Positions 1 to 13,133 of a stretch of DNA of 64,000 nt are shown here, in pieces. The translations under genes and the position numbers were made by a program. Numbering within the stretch: position 1 is the first letter of the stretch; every line of letters starts with the position of its first letter. Location: contig CM074807.1 of NCBI GenBank assembly GCA_037447605.1, forward strand, positions 3,546,829 through 3,610,828, written 5' to 3'. Under the pieces are notes generated by a model. The model made no database searches. It was not told the origin of the DNA and saw only the letters and a program-made list of their open reading frames with translations. Origin of the DNA: Zygnema circumcarinatum SAG 698-1b (taxonomy: Eukaryota; Plantae; Zygnematophyceae).

Positions 1-117
1 ACATCGAAGGGATTCTTGTACTTTGCCGACGTCAAAGTTTTAGTCCTTTTGCTATGTATCGATTGAGCATACAATTCTAACCACATACTAATCAACTCAT
101 TACCTTTCCTTTTGCAG

Positions 118-2087
118 TTTCTTTATGTTGCGTTAGCCCGCTATGTCCCTAAGGCACAGTTCATTGCTCCCACATCTCCAATTCCGCAACAGTCCTACAT
201 CTTTGCCTTTCACCCTCACGGTCGAATGTTTTACTCAAACACAATGATGATCCAATTGGACAACATATGGCGCTACCCCTTTCTTCCAAAAGGTCAGCCA
301 TGCATCAATGGCGTATATTTCATATCATTCTTGTCTTCATAGGCTTACAACTATCTCTTTGTTTCCTAGTTAGACACCGGGTGAAGTTAACCTCCCTCGT
401 GAATGGACGGCTGGATGGCTCTGCAGGAGATCTCTTTGCAGCGGCAGCCGCAGGATTTTTCTCAGTCCCCTTTCTGAGAAATCTTTTGTACCTTATCGGA
501 GCAATGCCTGCAAGTCGCAGCAACATTATTAGGCGGCTGAGGCAAGGGCACCATGTACGGAACAGAGCCTGCTACCTAACCCTAGAAACCCTAAAACTCT
601 ACTCTCTACTCTTCTTGTTTGTGAGGAAATTAGGGTTAGGGTTGGAGGGGAGGTAGAGTTTCAAGGTGCTTTTTTCTTGTTTCCTGTCAGTGTTACTTCC
701 GTAAGTAGAAAGGGTAGAACCCAAGGAAATGTTTTTTCTTATTTGCCCTAAAATCGAAGTCTGAATAAAACTATCACGTGTTGGGGCCCTGTCTTTCAGG
801 TCGCAATTGTTGTGGGCGGAGTGAAGGAGGTCTGTGTTGGCACGGAGGATGCTGCAGACACTCTCTACCTCCTCAAGAGGTGAGAGAGAGAGAGCGAGAG
901 AGAGAGAGAGAGAGAGAGAGGGGGCAGAGAGTTTGGGTTTGAAGGCGAAGGCCTCAAGCCTCCCTTTGTGTCGCCAAATTTTGAACGAAAGTTCATTTGA
1001 AAAAGATGAGTTCGATACATGCATAGGCATATGTTAATGACTATCATTGTCAACAACATCATGATCTTTCATTCTGGTTGCTTTTCATGTTTATAAACTC
1101 CATCATCATATCATAGCCGGTTGATCCAAACTGTGGCTATAAGCATAGGTTGGCTCAGGCTGAGGTTTGGGAAGAAATGGAGAAGCTTACACGGTTTCCG
1201 AGGGGGGGTTGGGGTTGGGCAGAAAAGGATTCATCAAAATTGCAATAGAGGAGAAAGTGGGCATAATACCCATTTACTGTTTCAATGAGAACAAAGTGAG
1301 AGGGCTCTCCCTGTGCCCTTTCGCCCCGTAAAAATCCCTAAGCACCTGCTTACCCTGCTTACGCTTAAATCGTGCTTTTGGGGCTCATTTAGAAAAGATG
1401 TCATGGAACTGAATCAGCAGTAGACACGAGTAGGCCTGAGAGTTTGTTTAGTTTTCCTCCTCTCCTCACTTCTTCTTCTCTCCTCTCCTCTCTTCTCCTC
1501 TCCTCACTTCCTCTTGACTTGAATCCGTTATTTTTGTGGAAACAGCTGTTCCGCCATGACCCCAAATGGCTGCTCAAATTTTGGGAAAAAGTGAACCGCC
1601 ATGTCAACGTGGGTGTTCCCTTCATGCGCGGAATATGGCAGCTCCCTCTTCCTTTCCGCAGGTCAGAATCTCCTTTAGGGCTTCTAAGACCGTCGTTTGA
1701 AAAGCATACAAATGATTGTTTGTGAAGTTCGTCTATTTTCTCGCTCCCTTTCTAACTCCAAGACAAGGCGAAGTGTGGGGACTGATCTAAAGTCATGGTG
1801 GGTGTCTTGAATCAGAACTTCGAAACAATGCACTGCCTGCATGTGAAAGCTGGCTAGGTCTTCTTCTCAGTCAGAAGATTGCAGAGAAGGGCAACCCTAA
1901 CGGGGGGTGTTATAGTTTCCGTTTCCGTTGCAGGGAGCTTCTCTGTGTTGTGGGAGACCCTATTTTCCCAAGAGAGGGAGAGAGTGTGGACGAGTTCCAC
2001 GGGCGGTATGTGACGGAGCTAAAGAACCTTTTCAATAAATACGTGGAGTTCTCTCCGTCGCCTGCCCACAAGCTAGTCATAACTTAG
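118..2087 (+). CDS. DGAT2: Diacylglycerol/monoacylglycerol acyltransferase, DGAT2 (DAGAT) family; 5' end probably outside or at the edge of the window
   Basis: Exons 118-292, 427-554, 800-879, 1223-1295, 1546-1661, 1934-2087 join in frame at GT-AG sites. Motifs seen: YIFAFHPHG, VAIVVGGVKE, RKGFIKIAIEEKVGIIPIYCFNEN, VVGDPI; stop TAG at 2085-2087. Confidence 0.9.
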
Positions 2088-3167
2088 TCCTGTAATGGGT
2101 AGCAAGCTGACTAGATTGTTCTCTCTTTTTGAAATAGTTCTCTTTGACCTTGCTGGTTAGAAACGAGCTGCCTCCCCTCTCCCTCTCCCTCTCCCTCTCC
2201 CTCTCCCTCGCCCTCTCCCTCCTCATTCCAGTGGAGCATAGATTCAAAGTTAGAATAAGGCCGGAAACCGAAATCGGTAGTAGGCAAATAATGTTCCACG
2301 CTCTCCTTTGAAGCCCGCAAAGGTTTCAAAGATTGGAGGGGTATAATATCAATAACATTTTCTGTTTTTTTATATGCACATATATATATAAATGAGAAGT
2401 TTTTGTCTCATTGTGTCGAATGCTGCGCCGCTCGTTCCATACTTTAGGCCACGGCTTTTAACTTTGGCTTTTCTTCACATCATTTCCCACGCAGCGTTAT
2501 TCGACTTTTCTCAGCCGAAAGTTATTGCAAAAAAAGTTGAGCTGCGCGGTTTAAGCCAAAAATTATCTGGCAATGGAACACTGCCACGAGCGATAATGAC
2601 TACTTTTTTTTGTGATGAAGCTTTCCAGTGAACCATTTTTTGCCCTGCTTGGCAGTGCCGGGACAGGCAGGCACAGGGGGACCATTGGGTCGGTGGCCCA
2701 GTCACAATGGTTGCCAATAGTTCAGCCATTGGCCCATTGCCCATGGTTGGCAGCCATTACATCCAATGGTTGGCGGGGATCACGGCCAACCTGGGAAGCA
2801 TGAAAACGTGGAAACCTCGCTCGAAGACTGCGCTTTGGCAGAATGTATACATAGAACCACGGTGCATTATAAAAATGTATGAATATAAATACTCTATTGC
2901 TTACTAGAATGAAAACTCACACAATAATAAGTACAGTTGCTTGCATCGTCTGCTGCTTCAACCATCAAGGGACGACAATGGCTCGCTCGAAAACTACCCT
3001 AATCTCAAGTAAATTCAAACCCTGAAGTTGCCTTGTACACATTTTTTAGAGAGTTAAAGCTGTTAATGAAAAACCCATAAAAATGAACTGATATATTCCC
3101 TCCGTAGTTTGCACATCAAAAACCTCCAAATGTAGCCCCCACTGTTTAACCGGCGGATCAAAGCTTT

Positions 3168-5277
3168 TCATGGTTCACCGGTCGGCCGAATCTCGCCACC
3201 TTCTGAAATGGATGCTGCTCCTTCAGGAGGAGGAGGAGTATACAGGGTGCCCTCTGCCACGTGGACCGATCAAGAAGCAGCAATCAAGCTAACAATAATA
3301 AGTAAGCCAGATACGTAGTTCTGTAGATACTTATGACATTCATAAAATTCTGAACAAATGACCAATTCGACCAAGGAACTGACGACACTCAACAAAATGC
3401 TTAACATTATGTTCAACTGCTCTCGTTGAACGTGATGCTTTATTCAAATCTGCAGCGTAGAAAGTTCTTTTCTTCCTTTTCTATCCAAAAATATGAACCT
3501 TGTAAGCTTCCCTCTCTGCTTTCCTCTCTCTCTGCCCCTCTCCACCCCTGTCACGTCCTTTCACGTTCCCTTTTTTCTTCTCTCTCTCTCCCCGCCTCCT
3601 TCCCTTTTTCCTTCTGATGAGACAGTCAGAAGGAGAACCCCTAGTTAATCCATCTCCCCGATTGTCCTTCCTTCTTAAGAGCCAATTTCAATTTTTGCTC
3701 CCAAACGTTTAGGGCTTCTAATGTCACTTCAGGGCTTCTGACTTACCTGCAGGTGATGGTGGGTTGTTATACATTGGCCATTCGAACAGAAAGATGAGCT
3801 TCAGAGCAGGAGGAATGTTCTTGTAAAGAAAGGGAGGTAACGGAATAAGGGGGCTGTACATCCCCCATAATAAAGAAAACAAAAAAACATGCAAAACAGA
3901 AAACTCATCAGAGCCACGCAGTTTTGTCCGAGCAGGGCTTTCAGAAACTTCGAGGAAGTTACGGTTGCTACGGTTTGAAAGTGTGAGCTCTTACGTCTGA
4001 GTTTAAACCCTTCAGCTTCGTCTTCCTACATTCTAAAACGAAAAAGAGAACTAAAGGTTGAATGCAGAATGATGCCTTGAATTGATCCCATGCAAAAGGT
4101 GGTGTGGGTTCTGAAATCATCGGGAGCACATTCAGCTCAATTTCAATGACATTCACACAGGGAGTTAAATTTTTCATATGGGTCCTTTCCACACTTAGAT
4201 AGAAAGAAATTTAGAAGTACCTTGTGCAGGTCTTGTACTCCTTGTAATCTGCCCGGCTGCCATATCTCTTATCTGCCGAAGCCTGCAGGCAAAAAGAAGG
4301 ATCAGACCTTGAAAGTAGTAAGTCTTGCTCCATTCCGTGAATAATTTAACAACTGCAAATTTCTTTAGGAAAAAGCATCTATAATGCTTTTCTCGCAGTT
4401 ACGTTCTGATCGACCTTACACTTGAAGGTCCCGCTCATGCTTAGTTTTTGCATTGTGTCTATACAGAGGGAATGATTTCACCCCTCCGTCACTAAACATC
4501 TTCAGTGTCTAAACGGTGTTCGAATGACAAGTTCAAAGGGGCGCTGGGAAGGAGGAAGGGAGGGAGGGAAGAAGAGAGGGAGTGAGCGAGAAAGTAGTAA
4601 TAGTTGAGAGAGGGCCCACCTCCAGTAAGGGGATTCCACTGAGAAACAACAACCCTACTGATATGTACAGAGGACTGCAAACCGCACTCCATTGCCCTCC
4701 CTCCAAAACAGATGTTGAGGAGACGAAGATGCCCCACCACAACAATATCTGCAAAAAGCATCAAAACGTTCAATGTTACATGACTGCATTCCTTGTAAGC
4801 AGCACATCAGCCTTGCGATTTCCCGAGCCTAATCCTCTTCACTAACTGCAGTAGTAGTCAGAGTTATCATCAGCACGTGAAACACTTCCTTGAGATAGAC
4901 CCCAATGGGAAGAAGATTGCAGCCAACAGACTTCATTCAAGTTCGGAGTTTGAAGTTTGAAGTTGCAAGTTTCAAAGCTTGCCTCTCCAAAATTCATTCA
5001 AGTTTGGAGTTTGAAGTTTCAAGTTTCAAAGCTTGCCTCTCCAAAGTAGTTCGGATGTCGCGACCATTTCCACACTCCCACATCGCACCAGTGACCATTA
5101 CTCGCAGCATTGTTCTGCTTGTAGGTCAGCTTCTGCTGGTCGGCTGCTGCCTCAATTGAGAGGCCAATGCCCCACATGGTCCACCCCACTATATCTGCTG
5201 CTCCAATAAGAGGGTTCCGACTTGTCGCATTCACAAAAGTGACAGGGAGAGAGACCACCCACACCCAGAGAGCCTGC

Positions 5278-5329
<52 letters not shown>

Positions 5330-5359
5330 AAGTGAGAGAGAGAGAGGGAGGGAGAGGGA

Positions 5360-5403
<44 letters not shown>

Positions 5404-5876
5404 GGGGCTGAGGGGTCCGATAAGAAGGTGACTAACTACTTTTCCATCTCGCTATATTTCCACAAAGTTTTCAATTGATTCAGGGCTACTGAGAAAGAAC
5501 TGTAAGAAAGGCAAGGAAAAGCAGGATTACCTGATAAATCCAGAAGATGGCAGTGCTCAAAACGCTGTTTCTACTATTGTCAAAGCGCTTGTCCTCTCCC
5601 CAGGACAAAATTCTGAAGATAAGAAACAATTCGCAATTCGCTATAAGGAGTTTGCTTGAACTCTGGGAAAGAGCCGCCAATTTTAGCATTCCTTTCTTTT
5701 TTCTCAGGTATAAAGGAAACTGAGGTTGCATTACCCTTCATAGATATAATCCAAATAGACACCAATTTGGGCTAAGCACAATTTGGAGGAGAGTGGAGAT
5801 ACCTCATCAGCAGAAAGATGGAGAGACGGAGGCCCCATACCACCACAAAAAGAGACAAAACTGTCTGCAGCAGCCG

Positions 5877-5917
<41 letters not shown>

Positions 5918-5927
5918 NNNNNNNNNN

Positions 5928-5971
<44 letters not shown>

Positions 5972-6982
5972 TGATTAACTCCACATGAAGAAAAACATCT
6001 TCTAGCATTAAAAAAAAAAAAAATAATAATAATAATAAGGTCTTTTTCCGAGTAGATAAATCTCAGTTCTTTTCTCCCTTCCGAATGTCTGTCACCTTAG
6101 AAGAAGCTGAAGAAACAAAATGATCAAGATCAAGGACCAAACGAATTGATTTGAAACCATTTTTCACTATATTTTTTTTTTTTTGTACCTGCCGGACCGA
6201 CCACTGTCCCTTAAGGATCGCTGTGAGCAGAGCCAACACCACAAAGTTCGTTCCCCCTAAAAAAAAAAAAAAAAAACCCAAGGGGACGTTTTTTGTCAGT
6301 TTTTATTTTTTTTTAATTGGGATTCACCTTCCAGACGTGAACTCTACATCTTAGGGAACATCATCATCCTGAATCATTTGCATATAACAAACGGAAAATG
6401 ACAGTGAGATTTCCTTTTGTAAAGTTTCGCTATACAAGACGAATAGGACGATTATCGAAAAGGAGTGATAGACATGTAAATACATTAAAATATGCAATTT
6501 GATTTTTAGGAAGAAGTTTTTTCCTCCAAAATTGTGATATCACAACAGATAAGAAAGGACCCTCCTCCTTACAGGCTTGAAACCAATTACCTGCAAAGTC
6601 CGTGACTTTGTCGAACCGAAAGAAAACTGCAACGGAGAAAAAGCAGAGCTGATAGACAACCTGCACACAGACAGAGGACTTACAATTAAATTGATTACTT
6701 AATTAACTTTATTTATGATATTCAGGGGAGGAAGGGATCGCAGCGATAGCGCTTGCAGCCCCACCAGCAGCACATACAGATGTGATGAGCAGCCATGCAG
6801 AAGCTTACAGAGGAGGGAGGCATCATCGCTTCACTTTAAAACCTTCAAAAGCAACAAACCAACACGATTGAAAAAAAAGCTAAAAAAAAAAGGCTCATAA
6901 TCTAATCAGAAAAAAGGCATATATCACTCACCGTGACAATGGCAGTGATCGCCAGATAGTCCTCATCAATGACAAACGCCAT
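3168..6982 (-). CDS. DUF1295 family / 3-oxo-5-alpha-steroid 4-dehydrogenase-like membrane protein
   Basis: Ten exons (6982-6932, 6660-6591, 6256-6189, 5864-5803, 5612-5531, 5273-5037, 4748-4620, 4282-4221, 3853-3747, 3253-3168) with consistent phases. Protein starts MAFVIDEDYLAITAIVT and contains FDKVTDFAGGTNF, EAAADQQK, WKWSRHPNYFGEILLWWG, LSGIPLLE, SPLIPLPP. One intron uses a GC donor. Confidence 0.92.
5918..5927. other. Assembly gap (10 N) within a poly-A run; other gaps at 41594-41603 and 43056-43065
   Basis: N characters inside homopolymer or low-complexity intron tracts, so true lengths there are unknown. Confidence 1.
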
Positions 6983-7455
6983 CTTCCCAAGCCCTAATTT
7001 AAGACCTTATTTTCCACCTTCTGGACCTAAGCAGTATTAACTTCGCCTTAAATCCTCCCACTCGAACAAAGGCCCTACAACAGGCTTCAATTCTCCCTTC
7101 CCTCCCTTTCCAGAGATAAAAGGGCGCAAAAGGGGATTCACTTCTTCTCCCGGCGGAGCCCTACAGGTACTGCCCTGCTCGCAACAACAAAGGGCCTCAA
7201 CTCAAGTCAAGCTCCAACAGACAAAGCCGCCCCCAGTGCTTCTCCAGCATCCAGGACGTGGACATGCCACGTGGCGTCCCCTTCTCTACCTCTTCCTCTC
7301 TCTTTCCCTCTTCCTCTCCTTTTCTTTTCTCCAACCCTCGCCCTCGCCCTCTCCCTCTCCCTCTTTCCCTTTCTCTGCCCCACTCCCTCTCTCTGCCCCT
7401 CTCCCTCTCTCCCTCTCTCCTCCCTCTCGAAGTCGCACGAGGACACTTGCGTACA

Positions 7456-7483
7456 CGTGGCAAACTGTGATTGGCTGACGTGG
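7456..7483 (-). promoter_or_regulatory. ERSE-type CCAAT-N9-CCACG element with adjacent TGACGTGG (UPRE-like) site in the DUF1295/DPH7 head-to-head promoter
   Basis: Plus strand reads CGTGG(7456-60)-caaactgtg-ATTGG(7470-74), then TGACGTGG (7476-83). A palindromic GCCACGTGGC G-box lies near 7266. Function is inferred. Confidence 0.45.
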
Positions 7484-8062
7484 CCTGAAAGTCGGCGCGC
7501 CAATAATCGCTAGCGGATGACGGCGAGGACGGGCGGGAGGAAGCTTCCGCGCAGCTTCTGACCGCGGGGGAGGAAGGTGCCCCCCTCCGGGCCGGGCCAT
7601 GGCGGAGGGAGAGGGAGAGGGAGAGAGGGGGAGAGGGAGAGAGGGGGAGAGGGAGAGGGAGAGGGAGCCATGGGGACGCCATGGGGACGCCATGGGGGGA
7701 GCCAGTATACGCGTGAGACGAAGAATTGGGCCTACTGCGGGCAGGCCTTCAGCGAATTGGTGGCTTGCCCCAATGTTATTCAGTTAGGCTGCAGGTGATG
7801 GATGTCTGGGACGGCAGGAGACAGCTTTCTTCGGGGTCAAATCCGTCGATTTGCGAGTCACAGACAGCTTTTGCGAGAGGTACAGGGTTAATTCTTAGCG
7901 CTATTTTAGTAGCTATTTAGTTAGTTAATTCCGGCTACGACCGAATATGCGGTAAGGCGTTGAGGGAGGTCCGGTTAGGGTTAGGGTTTGATGGTATGGT
8001 TGAGGTTGTAGGTCAAATGGAGAGGTGAGCGTCTCAATATTGAGGCCTCAATATTGAAGACA

Positions 8063-9518
8063 ATGGCAGAATATTCCTACAATGCTGAGAAGTACACTCT
8101 TGATGGAAATGCAGACAGCGTTGAGTTCTGTCCAAGAGAAGGCTATGAGCATGTGGCGGCTTGCGCTACTTACAATCTGCAGGAGGCTGCGCAGCCTACG
8201 CGATCAGGGCAGATTTACTTGTTCCAGATTTCTCGCGACACTGATGAAGGAGTCGCAAATAAGCTTCAAATGCTGAACACTTCAGGAATTTTTGACTTAA
8301 AATGGTGTCCTCAAGAGCTTTCTACTCCACCGATCCTCGGTCAGGCTTCAGCAGATGGATCCCTTGTGCTGTACTCTCTTGAAGAATTCGAGGTATCACC
8401 TTCAGAAAGCTCTGCTCTCAATCCAACAGATTTTTCCGTGGCTTCCCTGAGAAGTAAAGAGAGAAGTAGAGACATAAGTAGAGTTCAGGCTAAGGGAGCA
8501 GGGAGCGGCTCAAGTGAGGAGCCTCCTCCAGCTTTAAAGCAGCTCTCTTCGGAAATGTGTGGAGATGCAATGTGCCTTTCTCTCGACTGGGATCCCTTCT
8601 CAGACTCTTCTGAAAGTAGAGTGGTGCTGAGTCGGTCTGACGGATCTCTATGCACGGTAGAGCTGAAGCAGGCGAGTTTAGAACTCGATCGTGAATGGAC
8701 TGCTCACACATATGAGGCGTGGATCGCATCTTTTGACAAGTGGAAGCCTCATGTGAGTGATGCTGTCAGTAGCCCTAAATTTCTCGCATCCTTTCGAGTT
8801 ATGCCCTCACTGCTAGTGTTTGTCAGAGAGTACTCAATTCCTTACCCTGAAAGAATTCCAACACCTGTTTTTTCTCAGAAAAATATCCTAATCATCTTGC
8901 TAAGTTTTGCATTGAAGTTTGTGCATTAAACTGTATCAAACACTGTGCTGCATAACTCAGGTTGTCTATTCCGGAGCGGATGACAGCATGTTCTGCGGTT
9001 GGGATCTTCGAGAAGATCTCAGTCGCCCTATTTTCAAAGACCGGTCGGCCCACAGCATGGGGGTATGCTGCGTGCAGAGCAGTCATCTGAAGGAGCACCT
9101 TCTCTGCACAGGAAGCTATGATGAAATGGTTAGGCTTTGGGATGCCCGGCACTTATCTAAGCCCCTCATATCCTCTCAAGTTTCCGTTGGAGGAGGAGTC
9201 TGGAGGCTAAAGTTTCATCCCAGAGATCCCTCTCTCCTTCTGGCTGCGTGCATGCACAACGGTTTTGCCATCCTACAATTGGAATTAGGGTTAGGGTTAG
9301 ACATAGGTACTGAAGAGGGGGCTCTAGAGGGAGCTTTTGCAGTTGCAGGGGTAAAAGTTGCAGAGGAATACAAAGGTCATTCTTCATTAGCCTATGGAGC
9401 CGACTGGTATCGAGGACGCTCCGAAATTGGAGTTCCCTGCCAGGGCTTGGTTGCCACGTGCTCATTCTATGACAAATCCTTACATTTCTGGAAACCACTC
9501 ACAAAAGCTGCCATGTAA
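8063..9518 (+). CDS. DPH7: WD40-repeat diphthine methyltransferase/methylesterase homolog (WDR85/RRT2/DPH7)
   Basis: Exons 8063-8752 and 8961-9518. Motifs: ADSVEFCP, CATYNL, GIFDLKW, MCLSLDW, AHTYEAWIASFD, YSGADD, HSMGVCCVQS, LCTGSYDE, GGGVWRLK, ACMHNGF, HSSLAYGADW, ATCSFYD. Confidence 0.9.
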
Positions 9519-10126
9519 AGATATGAACGACCGTTCGCTGCTGCAAGGCCTTTCTAACCTTCTGGCTTGTAGGGTTTTAGGGTTGCCTGAAAAGCCACTG
9601 AAAAGGGAGGACTTGACCTACATATTATTGAAACTTCTGAGCATGTACAAGAGAAGGAAAGGAAGGAATGTGCTCGTATTTCGATTCCGTCGAGTCTTTG
9701 TCACAATGTACAGCTTACACAAGGCCGTTCACGTGGAATTTTCAAAAAAAAATTGCTGAATCAACCCTACTAGCTCTTCGAAGTTCTGACAGCTGAGACC
9801 ACAAAAAAACAATTGTGCAATTTCCCAAGAATGAGCAACACTTTTTTTTACCTATCTCTCTCTCTCTCGCCCCCCCCCCCCCCCCTCCTCCCTACACCTC
9901 GCGATTCTCTGCACCTTTGTCTCCTCTCCTCCCCTCCCATCAGACCCCACCCATCTCTCCCCCCTTTCTCTCTTTCTCCCTCCCCTCACCTCACGACAAT
10001 CTACACGAAAGATTTTTTTAATTGCTGGTCCTAAAACTGTCCCCAGACAATCCCTGAAAATCATAGAAATCATTTCTGTTCGCGGAATTCGCCAGCCCCT
10101 AAAACATTGTTAAAAATATTCGAATC

Positions 10127-12779
10127 TTAACTCTTTGCTAATGTCGTATTTTTTCGCGGCGTGTTCCATGAGCTGACAGTCTTGTCGAGCCCCTCCGCCA
10201 TAATCAGCCTCACTGCATCCACCACTCTCCCAAGGGAATAGTCGACCTGCACTCCCACACTCTTTGTCTTCTCAGTCACCCCCTACATACAAGCAGGAAA
10301 AATTCTACTCCTGTACTGAGAAAGTCAACGATTCATTATAACAACAAGGAAAAAGAAATGATAAACATACCCAAAGCTTTGTGCTCAGCTTGATTGTATG
10401 ACTTGTCTGAACCCCTCATGCAGTTTCCTTACCTCTTCTCGCTCTCTCTTATCAAACTTCTGAAGGACATATGTTGCAGTTGGCATGCTCCCGGGAGGCC
10501 TCCCGATGCCTGTCAACCAAAACCATGGCTACCTCAATCACAAGAGTTTGTTTGACAGGATATATAGACCAGCTTGAAGTTAAGTAAGGAGAAATATCCT
10601 TTCCGAGGTTGCACTTAAGCCAGATGTAACGTCAAGCTCCATCTCGACGTTCTGATCTCCCCACAACCACCTCAATTCAGCTCTCTCCCCTCTCCTCTAT
10701 CACTTTTCCCCTTCTAAAAACTCTTCCCCCCCATATATACACGTTCAGTCTCCTCAGTCCCCATCCAAGCTTCCGGCATTTTCCCTTTTCCATCATAAAG
10801 ATACAAACCCCTTGAATTCTGTAATCACTCCAGTCCTTACCAAATCGCAGTCGCGGAAAGTCCTTTCTTGACTTTAGGTTCTGGATAATGCTCCGCATCC
10901 TGTCCCCTCCTCCCTCCCCCACTCCCTTCACTATGCCTCTCCGCTCACAGCCTCTCATCAATGTACAACCCTTCACTACCAGAAATCACTCAGTTTCCTC
11001 CACTGTTTGCAAAAGAGATCTAAGCGAAAATTTGACACTGAACACTCAGAATGATCAGGCCAAACAGGAAGTAGTCAACTGACAAGAAGGCTAAGGTACC
11101 CAACTTCTTAGTCATGCAAAGGAAGCTGGAGGCTCAACTAAGAGCATGAGTTAAAAAAGAAAAAGAAGCGGAGCTCGCTCACCCGTTATGGCCTCCATGG
11201 CCTCCCTTTGGCAAAAGCTTCACCACCGCTAAGTCGAGATCCAAATCATCGAACATCTGATCTCCGCCAGACATAAAGGGCGATGTCAATCTTGAACCTT
11301 GTTTAGTTTTGGTGTTTTGGTAAGTTTAGGTATCCTGAGGTGAGATTTGGTGGCTCTCTATCTGGAGGGAGACTACTTATTTTTAATACATGGACAAACT
11401 GTTGTGGTTGTAAGATTATTTTCCGTTATTTTAGCATACAGAAACAGCAATGGGCAGAAAATTCAGGAAAGAGAAGGACCATTAAAATCTAAATGGAACC
11501 ACTAGAAACTGGCTGTTTCAAACCACAAGCTCCTGTAAACAACTTTCCCGACCTCAGTCCGAACCTAAGAACGAACCACAACGTTGAAAGACTCACCACG
11601 AGCACTTGCTCAGTCGGAATTTTATAGTACGATGCCAAGGGACCCACCTGAACCCAAATGCGAAGTAAGAATAAAACATGGAATGAAATCGAAAACCTAA
11701 ACAGCGGAAAACCGCCATCATTGACCGGCGAAGCAAATCATCTAAAATATTGCAAGCAGAGAGTTTCACATTCTTTTGGTGCATTACTCACCGATTCCCC
11801 GCTGAGGTTCATATACGTTTGTGGCTTTGCGAGGAGAACAGGCACACCGCAGATTCGTCCTATTTAGAGCGGTTATTGTTTACCCCACCCAAAAGGAAAA
11901 CTTCAGACCTATCCTTGATTGTTTCCTTTACGAATTCGTACAATGACGATCAGGAAGAGAGAGGCGTAAACAGCTCCCATGGAGAATTCAGACTGTGGGT
12001 AAGTGTACATGGGCTCTGTAGTATTAAAAGCAAACTCGGACATAACTCTTTCATGAAAGTGGCTTGTCTGAAGCAGCGCGAGGAAAGCTGTAATTGGGCA
12101 AGTCTCAAGAGGACACACCTTTTCCAAGAAGAGCCTTATTCTGCATAGCAGTAATGGAAATTCCTTCAGCTTGGGCAATGGAGTCTATCATTTCAAAACC
12201 CACCTGCAGAAACCCCTGTGTCGTGTCAGTAAAATGGAACCTGCATGACATCTACATGTGATGGAACTATAGTACGGCACATAAACGTGAGTCATACCTT
12301 AGTTTCCAGAAAAGGTAATGAAGCTGACGCTCTTAGAGGCAAGCCACAGAGAAAGGCCAAACTTCATACTCGCGAAAATCCATTATCGAGATCATTCAGC
12401 CAAATGATCACATGAAGGCACTTTAAACATCCAGCTACTTGGCCAAATGTTTGTTTTATATTTCACTAATGGTCATAGTCCATCGTCAATGACAAAGCCA
12501 ATGCTTATATTTAACGGAAAAGTCACTCACGTTGTGTCGTGTGCCTTCATATTTGGATCCCGGATTTCCCAACCCTACAAGAAGCCATGGCCCTCTGGGA
12601 CTTGCAGTCGAATCGTCTCCTTCTCCTCCCTGCTGACCGCCTGAACTCCTCACCGCAATGCTGCCATAGGACCGCCTTTTCCTCATGCTGGTGCTCACTG
12701 AAACCTGGCCCCCTCCCGAGCCCTGACGAGTTCCCATGGGCTGCAGAAGGAAGCTGCGAAAGCGGGAAGCTGCAGCCAT
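10127..12779 (-). CDS. PTH: Organellar peptidyl-tRNA hydrolase (PTH/CRS2 family) with N-terminal targeting-like extension
   Basis: Eight exons (12779-12531, 12203-12119, 11859-11792, 11647-11597, 11256-11183, 10899-10841, 10509-10433, 10246-10127). Motifs: [69 protein letters not shown]. The start codon is uncertain (12779 or upstream in-frame 12842). Confidence 0.93.
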
Positions 12780-13107
12780 AAGGCAACCCGCAACCAGGAC
12801 GAGGCCTGCCAGAAGTAGCAACAGCAGGGGAAGCAGTTGCATTAAAATTTTCAAGCTCGCGAGTGCCAGCGCAGCTCTCTCAAAGGCGCAAGAGCCTGCA
12901 CAGCCGCATGATCAACCACAGTGCGGTGACGACGAGGGCCAAGAGCAGGTGCACGAAGAGAATGGTGACGACAGTATGGGGCATGGCATATCATCTCAAT
13001 GGTGGGGCCCGCGCAGAGGCAGGCCTTCATGCAGGCCTTCAAGCAGGCAGGCAGGCAGGGAGGCAGGGAAGGAGGGAGGGAGGCAGCAGGCAGAGAGCGC
13101 TTGAGAT

Positions 13108-13133
13108 ATGGGCTGAAATTAGGGTTAGGCCCA
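13108..13133. promoter_or_regulatory. Site II (TGGGCY) plus telo-box-like motifs upstream of PTH
   Basis: TGGGCTgaaaTTAGGGTTAGGCCCA. Pairing of telo-box and site II motifs is established in promoters of plant translation-related genes. A similar pair lies before DPH7 (TGGGCC ~7727, TAGGGTTT ~7983). Confidence 0.4.

Noticed and set aside
5880-5965. Long poly-A run as a retroposon tail
   Set aside because: It reads as a poly-T tract near an acceptor in the minus-strand intron, contains an N gap, and no LINE/SINE body or TSD is visible.
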